A stretch of 64,000 bases of DNA from Myxococcales bacterium (lineage in GTDB: Bacteria > Myxococcota_A > UBA9042). Positions 37,852 through 47,059 of the stretch are shown here, piece by piece (positions within the stretch are counted from its first letter, which is position 1; each line of letters begins with the position of its first letter). The DNA lies in NCBI GenBank assembly GCA_037441385.1, contig JBBISH010000003.1:32001-96000 (forward strand). The letters are read 5' to 3'. The position numbers were made by a program, and so were the translations under genes. Below the pieces are notes generated by a model that had not been told where the DNA came from, made no database searches, and saw nothing but the letters and a program-made list of their open reading frames with translations.

Positions 37852-39225
37852 ATGGCCACGCCCGCAGCCGAAAATGCACACCAGCGCCTGCGGGTTTCGT
37901 GGCGCATGCCTGCGCGGCAAGTCTACAAAAAAACTACTGATCCGCTGCTCGTCGAGCGGCACCGCGCCTTGGCTGGGGCCCGGCGGCGGCGCATGGGCTT
38001 TTGGCGCAGCCTGGGCCGGTCCAACCGACTGTTCCCGCGAAAATTGGTGGTGACCCGCGAAGGCAAATGGATCATCGGCATCGCGATCTTGCTGGGCGCC
38101 GCCGCCGTCAACACCGGCAACAACCTGCTGTACCTGGTCTTGTCGCTGACGATCAGCGTGATCGCGGTGTCGGGCATGCTCAGCGAGTGGTGCTTGCGCG
38201 ACCTGGAGCTGCGCCGCCACTACCCGCGCGAGCTGGTCCACGGCGAGGCGAGCGTCCTGCGCATCCAAGTGCACAACGACAAACCACGCGCGGCGCTGCA
38301 TCTCGAGGTGGGCGAGGTGCTGGACGGCGAGCCCGACGTGCAGGTGCGCGACGGCTTTGTGCTGCACTTGGCCGGCGGCGAGGTGGGCCAGGCTTTTGGG
38401 GCGATTCGGCCGCTGCGGCGCGGACCGGTGGCAACCGCGGGGATCCAGTTGGCCACCTCGTATCCCTTTGGTTTCGCCCGCAAAGCGCGCATTTTTGACG
38501 ACCCGGCCGAGTTCTTGGTGCTGCCCCAGGTGGCGCCGATGGGACCCGAGTGGCGCGGCTCGCTGGACCGCGGCAGCAGTGAACTGTCACGCAAGATCGG
38601 CCAAGGCGACAATTTTGCCGGGCTGCGCGACGCCCGCCCCGGCGATGCCTTGCGCGACATCTATTGGAAGGCCTCGGCCCGCCGCGGCCGGCTGATGGCC
38701 CGCGAATGGCAGGCCGAAGCGGCCCGCGTCGCGCTGGTGCGCTTTGTGCACGTGGCCCCGGGCAGCGACGATCATCCGCGGGCGCTCGACGCCGGCTGCG
38801 CGCGCGTGGCGGGCCTTTGCCACGCCCTGCTGCAAGCCGGTTTTGCGGTGGGCTTGCAGACGCTGGACGGCTGCGTGGCCCCGGCCGCCGATCCCACCGG
38901 CCAAGGTGAGCCCCTGCACGATATCCGCCGTACTTTGGCGCAGTTGCTGCCTGCGGATCGCCCACCACCGCCCGAATGGCCGCTGGCCGACGACGACTGG
39001 GTCGACAAGGTGCGCCTGGCCAAGCAACGGGCGGCTGCCATTTCTCAAGGGCAGGCACTCACTTGGGCACCCGTGGCGGTGCAAGGGCCGGCCGAGGTCT
39101 ACCTGGTTCGCTATGTCAGCCGCCAAGACGTGGCCGTCGCCGGCGGGTTCGATGCGCAAGTGCTACTAGACGCCGACGGCAGCGTGGCGGGCATCGAGCG
39201 GCCAGCCGTGCGGGGTGCCGCATGA
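37852..39225 (+). CDS. DUF58 domain-containing protein
   Basis: AAVNTGNNLLYL; TSYPFG; GLRDARPGDALRDIYWKASAR. Start codon uncertain. Confidence 0.9.
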   Translation: MATPAAENAHQRLRVSWRMPARQVYKKTTDPLLVERHRALAGARRRRMGFWRSLGRSNRLFPRKLVVTREGKWIIGIAILLGAAAVNTGNNLLYLVLSLTISVIAVSGMLSEWCLRDLELRRHYPRELVHGEASVLRIQVHNDKPRAALHLEVGEVLDGEPDVQVRDGFVLHLAGGEVGQAFGAIRPLRRGPVATAGIQLATSYPFGFARKARIFDDPAEFLVLPQVAPMGPEWRGSLDRGSSELSRKIGQGDNFAGLRDARPGDALRDIYWKASARRGRLMAREWQAEAARVALVRFVHVAPGSDDHPRALDAGCARVAGLCHALLQAGFAVGLQTLDGCVAPAADPTGQGEPLHDIRRTLAQLLPADRPPPPEWPLADDDWVDKVRLAKQRAAAISQGQALTWAPVAVQGPAEVYLVRYVSRQDVAVAGGFDAQVLLDADGSVAGIERPAVRGAA

Positions 39226-41561
39226 GCCGGACGGCCAATTGGGATGTGCACAAGACGTTCCAAGCCGTCTCGTATGGTCTGGTAGCGGCTGCGTTTTTGC
39301 CAATCGCGCTGTCAGGCGAGGTCGGCCAGGTCGCCCCGCTGGCCTTTGCGATCGCCGCCATCGCGTCGCTGTTTCGCGATCCGCGCAGCAGCCCGCCGCG
39401 GCCCCAGACCGCGCGCTTGTGGACCGCGGTGGTGCTGGTGGCCTTTGCCGTGCTGGTCACTTGGTCGCTGCAGGACGGCAATTGGCTGTTGCACGCCCTG
39501 GAATTCGCGCTGCTGCTGACCGCGAGCCGGCTTTTTCAACGAAGATTTGCCAAGGATCACCTACAGTTGCTTGGTCTGTCCTTCATCTTGCTGCTGGTAG
39601 CGGCGATCGTGCAGCCCGGTCCGCTGTTCGCCTTGTGTTTCCTGGCCTTTGCGGTGCTGGTCATGTGGGGCCTGAGCCTGCTGCACCTCACCCGGCAAAT
39701 CGAGGTACAGACCGAGACGGGCCCCGAGCACTTGCTGCCCCCCGAGCCGCCTGGGCGCCGCTGGCTGGGTCTGCTGCCGCCCAAACCCGTGCCGGCTCCA
39801 GTGGTTTGGCCCGAATTGCCCGTGCACGCCTCGACCGTGCAGTGGCGATCGCGGCGGCTGCTGGGTCCGCGCTATTTCGCCGTCACGACGCTGCTCAGCT
39901 TGGCGGTGCTGGCCGGTTCGGCGCTGTTCTTCTTCCTGTTTCCGCGCCTGGGCATGGGCTTCTTCTTCGCCCAGACGCGCGCGCCCAAAAGCGTCATCGG
40001 CTTCTCGACCGACGCACAGCTGGGCCAGTTTGGCGCGCTCAAGAACAATGCCGAAGTGGTAGCGCGGGTGACGTTCCCCAACAATCCCGAACGATTGCAG
40101 CAAAGTTTGCGCTTGCGCGGCGTCAGTTTCGACACGTTTGCCGGCAACGGCTGGACGCGACCGCAAGACGAGCCGTGGCCCCTGCGCGGCAACGCGGGGG
40201 TCATCCGCGTGCCCCGCGTTGACGAGCCAGATCCCCAGCGCGAGATCAGTTGGCGCGCCGAACTGTACCTAGAGCCGCTGGATCGCCAGCAGCGCGTGCT
40301 GTTCGTGCCGCCGCAGACTTGGGCGGTCGAGCTGCTTGACACGCGCTTTGACTACCTGCGCGGCCGCAAAAAGTCGGTGCTGCGGGCCCAGAACGGCGAT
40401 CTGACCTATCAGGCGCCCCCCGATACGGCGCTGCACTACGCGGTCCAGGTCAAAGAAGTTACGGATATCGTGACGGAAGCCCAAGAGTTGCGCCAGGCCT
40501 CGACCCAGATGCCCGCCGAGTTGCGCGATCGCTACACGCAGTTGCCCCCCGACTTGGACCCGCGCATTGCCAAGCTAGCGGCTGAATTGGCTGGGCAGTC
40601 GCCCACTTGGTTCGATCAGGCCTACGCCATCGAGCGCGGCCTGCGCGCAGGTTGGACCTACTCGCTGGCAGGCGACCAAGACGCCCAAGCGCCGCTCGCG
40701 GACTTCCTGTTCGGCAAAAAGCACGGCCATTGCGAGTTCTTTGCCACAGCGATGGTGCTGCTCTTGCGCACGCGCGGGATTCCAGCGCGCGAGGTCCACG
40801 GCTTCGCGGGCGGCACGATCAACCCGATCGGCAACTATCGGATGGTGCGGCAGGGCGACGCCCACGCCTGGGTCGAGGTCTACTTCCCCAAGATCGGCTG
40901 GCGCACCTTCGATCCCACCCCGCCCTCGGGCCAGGTGGCGCCGCCCGACGAAGGGCTGGGCCAGCAGCTACGGCAACTGGCCGACAGTGCAAGCCTTTTG
41001 TGGTACCAGTGGGTGGTCGAGTACGACCTGGACCGGCAGGTCGAGATGCTGCGTTCGTTGGGCGGCCTGCTGAAAAACTTGCGCGGCGACCGCAGCATGG
41101 CCAAGTGGCTGGGCCAAGGCGGCACTACTCAAGAGCAATCCGACGAGCCGCGCTCGCAATTCGACCTGCCCTGGTGGATCTGGCCCGCGCTGGGAGCGGC
41201 GGCGGCCGTGGCGGTGTTTTGGTGGTGGCGTCGCGGCCGCGCCGGCTTGGACGGCTCCCATCTGGATCCAGCCGTGGATCGCGGCGCTCACCAACTGCAA
41301 TTGGCCTTGGCGCGGCAAGGGTGGCAGCGCCTTCCGCACGAAACATGGCATGGTGTCGCGCAGCGTCTCGCGGACGAGGCGAGCCAACTCAGTGCCGTGC
41401 TTGGCCAATTCGCAGACGTCTACGATCGCGCCCGCTATTCGGACGAGGGTGTGCAGCCCCACCGCCGTACCCTGATCGCGCTGACCCAGCAGGCTGTGGC
41501 CGAGGCTCTGCGCCTGGACCGCGAGCGGCGCCGCCACCCCAACCTTTCTGGGCAGCCATGA
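39222..41561 (+). CDS. TgpA-like transglutaminase-domain membrane protein (DUF3488 + TGase + DUF4129-like)
   Basis: Multi-TM N-terminus; FFLFPR; GHCEFFA, AHAWVEVY, FDPTP (Cys-His-Asp triad). Confidence 0.92.
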   Translation: MSRTANWDVHKTFQAVSYGLVAAAFLPIALSGEVGQVAPLAFAIAAIASLFRDPRSSPPRPQTARLWTAVVLVAFAVLVTWSLQDGNWLLHALEFALLLTASRLFQRRFAKDHLQLLGLSFILLLVAAIVQPGPLFALCFLAFAVLVMWGLSLLHLTRQIEVQTETGPEHLLPPEPPGRRWLGLLPPKPVPAPVVWPELPVHASTVQWRSRRLLGPRYFAVTTLLSLAVLAGSALFFFLFPRLGMGFFFAQTRAPKSVIGFSTDAQLGQFGALKNNAEVVARVTFPNNPERLQQSLRLRGVSFDTFAGNGWTRPQDEPWPLRGNAGVIRVPRVDEPDPQREISWRAELYLEPLDRQQRVLFVPPQTWAVELLDTRFDYLRGRKKSVLRAQNGDLTYQAPPDTALHYAVQVKEVTDIVTEAQELRQASTQMPAELRDRYTQLPPDLDPRIAKLAAELAGQSPTWFDQAYAIERGLRAGWTYSLAGDQDAQAPLADFLFGKKHGHCEFFATAMVLLLRTRGIPAREVHGFAGGTINPIGNYRMVRQGDAHAWVEVYFPKIGWRTFDPTPPSGQVAPPDEGLGQQLRQLADSASLLWYQWVVEYDLDRQVEMLRSLGGLLKNLRGDRSMAKWLGQGGTTQEQSDEPRSQFDLPWWIWPALGAAAAVAVFWWWRRGRAGLDGSHLDPAVDRGAHQLQLALARQGWQRLPHETWHGVAQRLADEASQLSAVLGQFADVYDRARYSDEGVQPHRRTLIALTQQAVAEALRLDRERRRHPNLSGQP

Positions 41562-42409
41562 GCCATGCGGACTTGCGCGATTTGAGCGGCGCGGAGGGCC
41601 CGGGCCTGTGGCGGCTGCCGTTGCCGTCGCCCACCCTGCCGCCGGCCACCGCCACCAACCACTACCTGGTCGGCGACGATCGCGCTGTGCTGGTGGATCC
41701 GGCCACACCTGGCTCGCAAGCCCAGGCCAGGCTTGGCGATTGGCTGAAGCTGGCCCGCGCGGCCGGCGTCCAAGTTGTGGCGCAGCTGCTAACTCACCAC
41801 CACCGCGATCACATCGGCGCCGCCGAATTCGTTCGCGATTCGTTCCAGCTGCCGATTTGGGCCCACCGCGCCACTGCCGAACGGCTGGCCGACCGGCTGC
41901 GCGTCGATACTTGGATCGAGGAGGGAGCCACTGTGGCCCACAACCGCGACGGCTCGCCGTGGCAGGCGCTGCACACGCCGGGACACGCTCCGGGCCATCT
42001 CGCGCTGTGGCACGCGGCCTCGCGGCAGGCCGTGGTGGGCGACCTGGTGGCCGGTCAAGGCACGATCCTCATCGATCCCAGCGACGGCCACATGGGCCAG
42101 TACCTGGCAAGCCTGCAGCGGGTGGCTGACTTGCAGCCTCGCTCGCTGGCCCCAGCCCACGGGCCAGTACAACTCCAAGCTGCGGAGCTGCTCGCCCACT
42201 ACCGCCGGCATCGCCTGGCGCGCGAAGGTGCCGTGCTGCAAGCTCTTTCGTCCACGCCGCAGGCCCCAGCCGATCTCTTGCCGGTAGCCTACGCCGATGT
42301 GCCGCGGACTACCTGGCCGCTGGCGCTGCGTTCGCTGACGACACACCTGATCCACCTGCAAGAGCAGGGGCTGGCCCTGTCCAGTGCGGCGGGCTGGCAA
42401 CGGATTTGA
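41558..42409 (+). CDS. MBL-fold metallo-hydrolase (LACTB2-like)
   Basis: TLPPATATN, THHHRDHIG, TPGHAPGH, GD, PAHG. Confidence 0.9.
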   Translation: MSHADLRDLSGAEGPGLWRLPLPSPTLPPATATNHYLVGDDRAVLVDPATPGSQAQARLGDWLKLARAAGVQVVAQLLTHHHRDHIGAAEFVRDSFQLPIWAHRATAERLADRLRVDTWIEEGATVAHNRDGSPWQALHTPGHAPGHLALWHAASRQAVVGDLVAGQGTILIDPSDGHMGQYLASLQRVADLQPRSLAPAHGPVQLQAAELLAHYRRHRLAREGAVLQALSSTPQAPADLLPVAYADVPRTTWPLALRSLTTHLIHLQEQGLALSSAAGWQRI

Positions 42410-42418
42410 CTCGGCGCG

Positions 42419-44056
42419 CTACTTGTGCGAGTGGGGCTTGCCAAGCGTCCCCTGCATGAGCATGACATGGGCGCGGTAGCGGCCCACTTCGGCCGCCCGG
42501 CCCGGCCGCTCCGGCACGACCGAGGTGATCCCCGCGGTCCACACCACCAAGAACACCGCGGTGGCACCCCAACTCCGCCAGCGCGGGGCGACCACGCTAC
42601 CGTCCGGGTTGGGCAGTCGCAGCACCGCGATCCACAAGCCCGCGATCATGGCCAAAAACACCACAAAGCTCGCCGTGGCGGGCAGCCCCAGCCACTGCCC
42701 CACGCTGGGCGAAAACGCCTGCTGAAGCAGCAGCGGCACCACAAGCTCTAGCACTGGCCGCTCTAACTGGGCAAAGTGGTACGGGAACGTGGCCACCGTG
42801 GGCACATGCAGCAACACCGCCAGACCCAGCGCCGCCCACAAGCCCGCCCGCAGCCACCACTTCAACGGAGCCTCCAGCGCGATGGCCAGGCCCCAGCCCA
42901 GCAGCGGTACGATGGGGAGCAAATGCCGTGGCCCGGCACAGTCGCCGGCCGGCCAGTCGGCAAAACCCGACACGAACAGCGCGTAGCCGCCCGACAGCAG
43001 CAACGCCGCCAGCGCGTCCAGCCGCTGACCTGCCGGCGCGTGCGGCGACGCGGCCCGCCACCCCAGTGCGACGGCCGCCGCCGCCAGCCACGGGGCGTGG
43101 TAGAACAGCCCGCGTCGCGCCGACAAGAGCAGCCCGACCAGCGCGTCGGCCTGCGGCGGCCGGAAACCCAAGAAGCCCGTGTCCATGATGGCCTTGAGCT
43201 GCTGGTCCCCTTTGTACTGGTAGGTGAACCGCAGCGGATGCCCAAGAACCCATTGATTGTAGCCAAGTTGCAGCACAACGCCGGCAACAAGGCCGCCCCA
43301 GATCGGCCACGTCGCGGCAAGCCGCCCCGGCACGTCCCACGCGCGCCAGCCCTGCCCGGCTGCCGGCAAGGGTAGACACCGCAGCCATGCGTACAGGGCA
43401 ACCCCGGCGGCCAGCACAAAGACGGGGGTGTCGGTCAGTCCTCCCAGCGCCAGCGCGCCGCCCGCCGCCAGCCCCAAACGCCTTTGCGGCCGACCGTCGC
43501 TGGCCGCCACCCCAAAGAACGCCACCGCCACCGCCGCCGCCGCCAGCGCGTGGCCAAAGAACAGCGACGCATACACGACCAGCGGGCTTGCGGTCGCCAG
43601 CGCGACGGCGGTCAGGGCGACGGACCGCGGCGCGAGCCCAAGGGTCGCCAGGTAGCGCGCCAACGCGTACAGCGCCAGGAGCAGCGGCAAGACCATCGTG
43701 GCCAGGGTGGCCAGATAGCCGAATTTCCATAGCCCGTCCGTGTCCACATCGGGCTGCAGCGCCCGCAAGGGCAGGTACAGGGGCAGCGCCAGCAGCGACG
43801 CACCCGGCGCCTTGTCCATGTAGACGTGACCGCCATATTCGCTGCGGTCCACAGGAGTTGCACCGTGACGGGCGACCACTGTGTCCAGCTCGGGCCGCCC
43901 CGTCTCAACCACGGCCTGCACAAAGTACAAGCGCATCGCCTCGTTGGCGGTCTGCAGGTAGGGCCAATGGTGACAGTACCAGGCCCACACCAAGGCGACC
44001 ACCCACAGCAGCCCAGAAGGCAGTGGGCGGCTTGTTGGGTTGGCGGCGGTCGACAT
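42419..44056 (-). CDS. Multi-TM protein, probable GT-C superfamily glycosyltransferase
   Basis: NE..R loop after TM1; YMDKAPGASLLALP; RGLFYHAP; W..G..GPRHLLP; more than 10 TM segments. Confidence 0.6.
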   Translation of the reverse strand: MSTAANPTSRPLPSGLLWVVALVWAWYCHHWPYLQTANEAMRLYFVQAVVETGRPELDTVVARHGATPVDRSEYGGHVYMDKAPGASLLALPLYLPLRALQPDVDTDGLWKFGYLATLATMVLPLLLALYALARYLATLGLAPRSVALTAVALATASPLVVYASLFFGHALAAAAVAVAFFGVAASDGRPQRRLGLAAGGALALGGLTDTPVFVLAAGVALYAWLRCLPLPAAGQGWRAWDVPGRLAATWPIWGGLVAGVVLQLGYNQWVLGHPLRFTYQYKGDQQLKAIMDTGFLGFRPPQADALVGLLLSARRGLFYHAPWLAAAAVALGWRAASPHAPAGQRLDALAALLLSGGYALFVSGFADWPAGDCAGPRHLLPIVPLLGWGLAIALEAPLKWWLRAGLWAALGLAVLLHVPTVATFPYHFAQLERPVLELVVPLLLQQAFSPSVGQWLGLPATASFVVFLAMIAGLWIAVLRLPNPDGSVVAPRWRSWGATAVFLVVWTAGITSVVPERPGRAAEVGRYRAHVMLMQGTLGKPHSHK

Positions 44057-44118
44057 GCGGCCAAGCTAGCGCGGCCGACCAAAAAACGCGAGAGGCTCGT
44101 CGCTCGCTGGCCCTGATT

Positions 44119-44245
44119 CGGAATCCGTCTAGTTCGGCTCGAAAACTCCGGCAATTCTGCCGGCCCGAACCGGGGTCCCCGCCTGATTCTCGCCGGTTGC
44201 AGACCGGGTCAGAGAAGCCGTACCTGCGCGAATCAGGTGGGGTTC
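44119..44245. repeat. Palindromic repeat, copy 1 (~127 bp)
   Basis: Gap-free match to 45065-45191; internal stem ccccgcctgattc...gaatcaggtgggg. Confidence 0.9.
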
Positions 44246-44270
44246 GTATGACTGGCGCGACACGTCAGCG

Positions 44271-44299
44271 TTGCAAGAGGCGTGGGGCTGGGGTAGAGT
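44271..44299 (+). promoter_or_regulatory. Putative sigma70 promoter upstream of GYF_2 gene
   Basis: TTGCAA-N17-TAGAGT. Confidence 0.45.
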
Positions 44300-44612
44300 A
44301 ACCAAGCTGTGCGCGCCGGGGCGAGGGCAACGCCTTGGATTTCGTGCGCCGAACCTTGGTTTCTTTGGCCATCTGCCCAACCCGCGGCCACTCCGCCAGC
44401 ACTTGGCGAAAGGTACGTCGGCGCAGGGCATGGCGGTCGGAGATCGGTCGGCGGAGAGAGAGAGAGGAGAGCGGAAGAGAAATCATCGGAAAGGGAAGCG
44501 TGCCATGAGGCGGGCCAGTACCCGTAGTGACCTCGGCACCGCGCGCAGTCAACCAGCGCAGAACTCGCAAGCTCAGCCAACGCTTGCCAGCAAGTCCAAC
44601 AACGGAGACGCA

Positions 44613-45062
44613 ATGAGCTTCTACATCCAGCGCGACGGTCAACCCAAGGAGTACCCCATCCAGGCGCTGATCGATATGGTCAAGAACGGTAGCCTGCGCT
44701 CCGACGAGTTCGTTTTCGACGGCCGCATGCAAAAGTGGGTGGGCGCGACCCAGGTTGCCGAGCTCGCCGATGCGTGGAAGGCCGTGCAGTCGGGTGGCGC
44801 CAAGGCAGCCAGCGCCCCGGCGGCAGCCCCGTCGGCCCAGGCGCCCGCGGCGGCTGGCGGCGACAAGAAGCGCAGCAAGAAGTTCAGCGAGACCTCGTGG
44901 TTCATGTCCGCCGTCACCTACGAAGAAGGCGGCCTGACCCCCAGCGAGCTGGCGCCGATGGAAGCCGGCGACAAATTCGAGAATCTGCCGCCCGTCCCGG
45001 ACGAGCTGCGCAAGAAGTTCTCGCTGTCGATCGCCGACCTGGACGCGAACAAGAAGAAGTAA
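44613..45062 (+). CDS. GYF_2 (DUF4339) domain protein
   Basis: GGAG RBS; FYIQRDGQ...LIDMVKNGSL....VF.....W.....VAEL; Ala/Pro linker; short charged C-terminal domain. Confidence 0.8.
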   Translation: MSFYIQRDGQPKEYPIQALIDMVKNGSLRSDEFVFDGRMQKWVGATQVAELADAWKAVQSGGAKAASAPAAAPSAQAPAAAGGDKKRSKKFSETSWFMSAVTYEEGGLTPSELAPMEAGDKFENLPPVPDELRKKFSLSIADLDANKKK

Positions 45063-45064
45063 TC

Positions 45065-45191
45065 CGGAATCCGTTTCAATCGGATCGAAGCCCCGGCCGT
45101 TTCTTCGGGCCCGGACCGGGGTCCCCGCCTGATTCTCGCCAGTTGCCGAGCGAGTGGGTGAAGCCGTACCGGCGTGAATCAGGTGAGGCTC
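45065..45191. repeat. Palindromic repeat, copy 2 (~127 bp)
   Basis: Same orientation as copy 1; starts 2 nt after the GYF_2 stop codon. Confidence 0.9.
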
Positions 45192-45229
45192 CAGCAAGCC
45201 CGCGCGACCCGCCCCCCAAAGGACTCGCC

Positions 45230-46195
45230 ATGAAGCTGCGCCGCTTGGCCGGCACCGACCTTGACCTCTCCGTGGTCGGTGTAGGCTGTTGGGCCATGGG
45301 CGGACTCTGGTGGGGCGACGACGTCCGCGACGACGACAGCATCGCCGCCATCCACCGCGCCTTGGACGTGGGCATCAACTGGTTTGACACCGCCCCGCTG
45401 TACGGCCACGGGCACGCCGACGAAATCCTTGTGCGCGCGCTGGGTCCCAGACTGCGCGACGTGGTGATCGCCACCAAGGTCGGTGTGCGGTGGGATGGCG
45501 AGGGCATGCACGCCCGCAGTGATCTGACCCCCGAGCACGTGCGCGCCGACGTGGAGGCGAGCCTGCGCCGACTGGGTCTAGAGCGCCTGGACCTGGTGCA
45601 GGTGCACTGGCCGTGCGAGCTTGGTACGCCGCTCGAAGCGACCTTGGAAGCCCTGTACCGCCTGCGGGACGAGGGAAAGGTGCGCTACCTGGGCCTCTGC
45701 AACTACAGCGCTCCCCAGCTGCGGCAGGCGGCGGCGGCCGGCGGCATCGACACGCTGCAGACCCCATACTCGATGCTGCGGCGCGAGTTCGAGGCCGAAC
45801 TGCAACCGCTGGTGCTCGAGTTCCCGGGCCGCAGCGAGCCCTTGAGTACCCTGGCCTACGAGCCCCTATGCCGCGGCCTGCTGACCGGCAAGTTCAACGC
45901 CACCAGCCGCTTTGCCCAAAGTGACCTGCGCGCGCGCGACGACCGATTCCAAGGCAGCCGCATGCTCCGCGCCCTGACAATCGTCAGCCGTCTGCAGCTG
46001 ATCGCCAAGCGCCACGGCGCCCCGCTGGCCGCACTTGCGATTGCGTGGGCACTGCGGCAACCCGGGATGACTCTTGCGATTGCCGGGGCCAAGCGTGCGG
46101 ACCAAGTGGCGGTCAACGCCCAAGCTACCGACTGGCTGGATCGCGAAGACCTGTGGGCCGACGTCGACCGAGTCGTGGGCAGCTTCCGCGGATAG
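45230..46195 (+). CDS. Aldo/keto reductase
   Basis: GVGCWAMGG, FDTAPLYG, IATKVG, SLRRLG..DL.QVHWP, GKVRYLG.CN. Confidence 0.95.
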   Translation: MKLRRLAGTDLDLSVVGVGCWAMGGLWWGDDVRDDDSIAAIHRALDVGINWFDTAPLYGHGHADEILVRALGPRLRDVVIATKVGVRWDGEGMHARSDLTPEHVRADVEASLRRLGLERLDLVQVHWPCELGTPLEATLEALYRLRDEGKVRYLGLCNYSAPQLRQAAAAGGIDTLQTPYSMLRREFEAELQPLVLEFPGRSEPLSTLAYEPLCRGLLTGKFNATSRFAQSDLRARDDRFQGSRMLRALTIVSRLQLIAKRHGAPLAALAIAWALRQPGMTLAIAGAKRADQVAVNAQATDWLDREDLWADVDRVVGSFRG

Positions 46196-46227
46196 ACTCC
46201 GGCCGCGCCGGCAAAAATCCGTCGAAA

Positions 46228-46608
46228 CTACGGAATGACGGGCGGCTCACCCGCGATCGGATCCGGGTGCAAGTGCTCGATTCGACCGCTGAACGTGGCG
46301 TACAGGACGCAACCTTGCTCGGTGTAGGGCTGATCCACAGTGCCAGGCGGCACGTGGGCAAAGCCGCCGCGCTGCAAGGGATGGCCGGCCACAATGGCCT
46401 GACCGTCCAGGACGATGACATCCATGCCGTCGTGGGCGAGCGTGCGCGGATAGTGGGTCTGCGGCGTCATGTGGATCAGGACGGCGCCCGCGCCGCTGTC
46501 GGGATCGAAGCGCAGCGACTTGTACGACACGCCCATGGCCGGCGCGCAGGCCCAAGGCAGGTCGTCGGTCGAGGCGACAAAGAATTCGCTGTTTTGGTAG
46601 GTCGACAT
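46228..46608 (-). CDS. ChrR-like cupin, metal ligands apparently lost
   Basis: DLPW...GV..KSL; VLDG; PPGT..P.T.QGCVL cupin_7 pattern; GAGG RBS. Confidence 0.75.
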   Translation of the reverse strand: MSTYQNSEFFVASTDDLPWACAPAMGVSYKSLRFDPDSGAGAVLIHMTPQTHYPRTLAHDGMDVIVLDGQAIVAGHPLQRGGFAHVPPGTVDQPYTEQGCVLYATFSGRIEHLHPDPIAGEPPVIP

Positions 46609-46666
46609 CGCATCCTCGCACGGCCGCGGCCCGCACGGCCCACCATAAGGGCAGCCGAGCTTGGCG

Positions 46667-47059
46667 TCAATTCGCGGTCAGCACGCTGAAGTCGGCGCGA
46701 TCGCCCGCCACCCGCACCCACAAGACTGCGCGATCGCCCGCCACCTGGTACACCCCCGGCCCCTCGCGCAGCAGCCGGGGGTAGCGGCTGGTCAGGAATT
46801 CGTCGATGCGCGGCGCCAACCCCGGCATCTCGACGCGGCACACCTGCAGGCGCGCGCTTTGCCGCAGGCGCTGGCAGTGGCTGGGCAGGCGGAAGCCCGC
46901 CACCGTCTCTGGGCTCTCGCACAGCAGCCCGCCCAAGCAAGGTTCTTCGCGGGCCGCCCGCGTGGGCGCGCGCACCACGGGACGTGGCGCGGTGGGCTCG
47001 GGCTGGCACCCCAGCAGCGCCAGGGCGACGAGCCAACAAACCGCGCTCCGTGGCTCCAC
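46667..47059 (-). CDS. Small Cys-rich lipoprotein downstream of pilY1
   Basis: GTG immediately after the pilY1 stop; lipobox LLGC; four further Cys. Confidence 0.6.
   Translation of the reverse strand: MEPRSAVCWLVALALLGCQPEPTAPRPVVRAPTRAAREEPCLGGLLCESPETVAGFRLPSHCQRLRQSARLQVCRVEMPGLAPRIDEFLTSRYPRLLREGPGVYQVAGDRAVLWVRVAGDRADFSVLTAN

Noticed and set aside
44119..45191. Repeat pair as CRISPR, attC sites, SRP RNA or 6S RNA
   Set aside because: Only two long units; no cas or integrase gene; no RYYYAAC/GTTRRRY ends; no SRP GGAA-loop motif.
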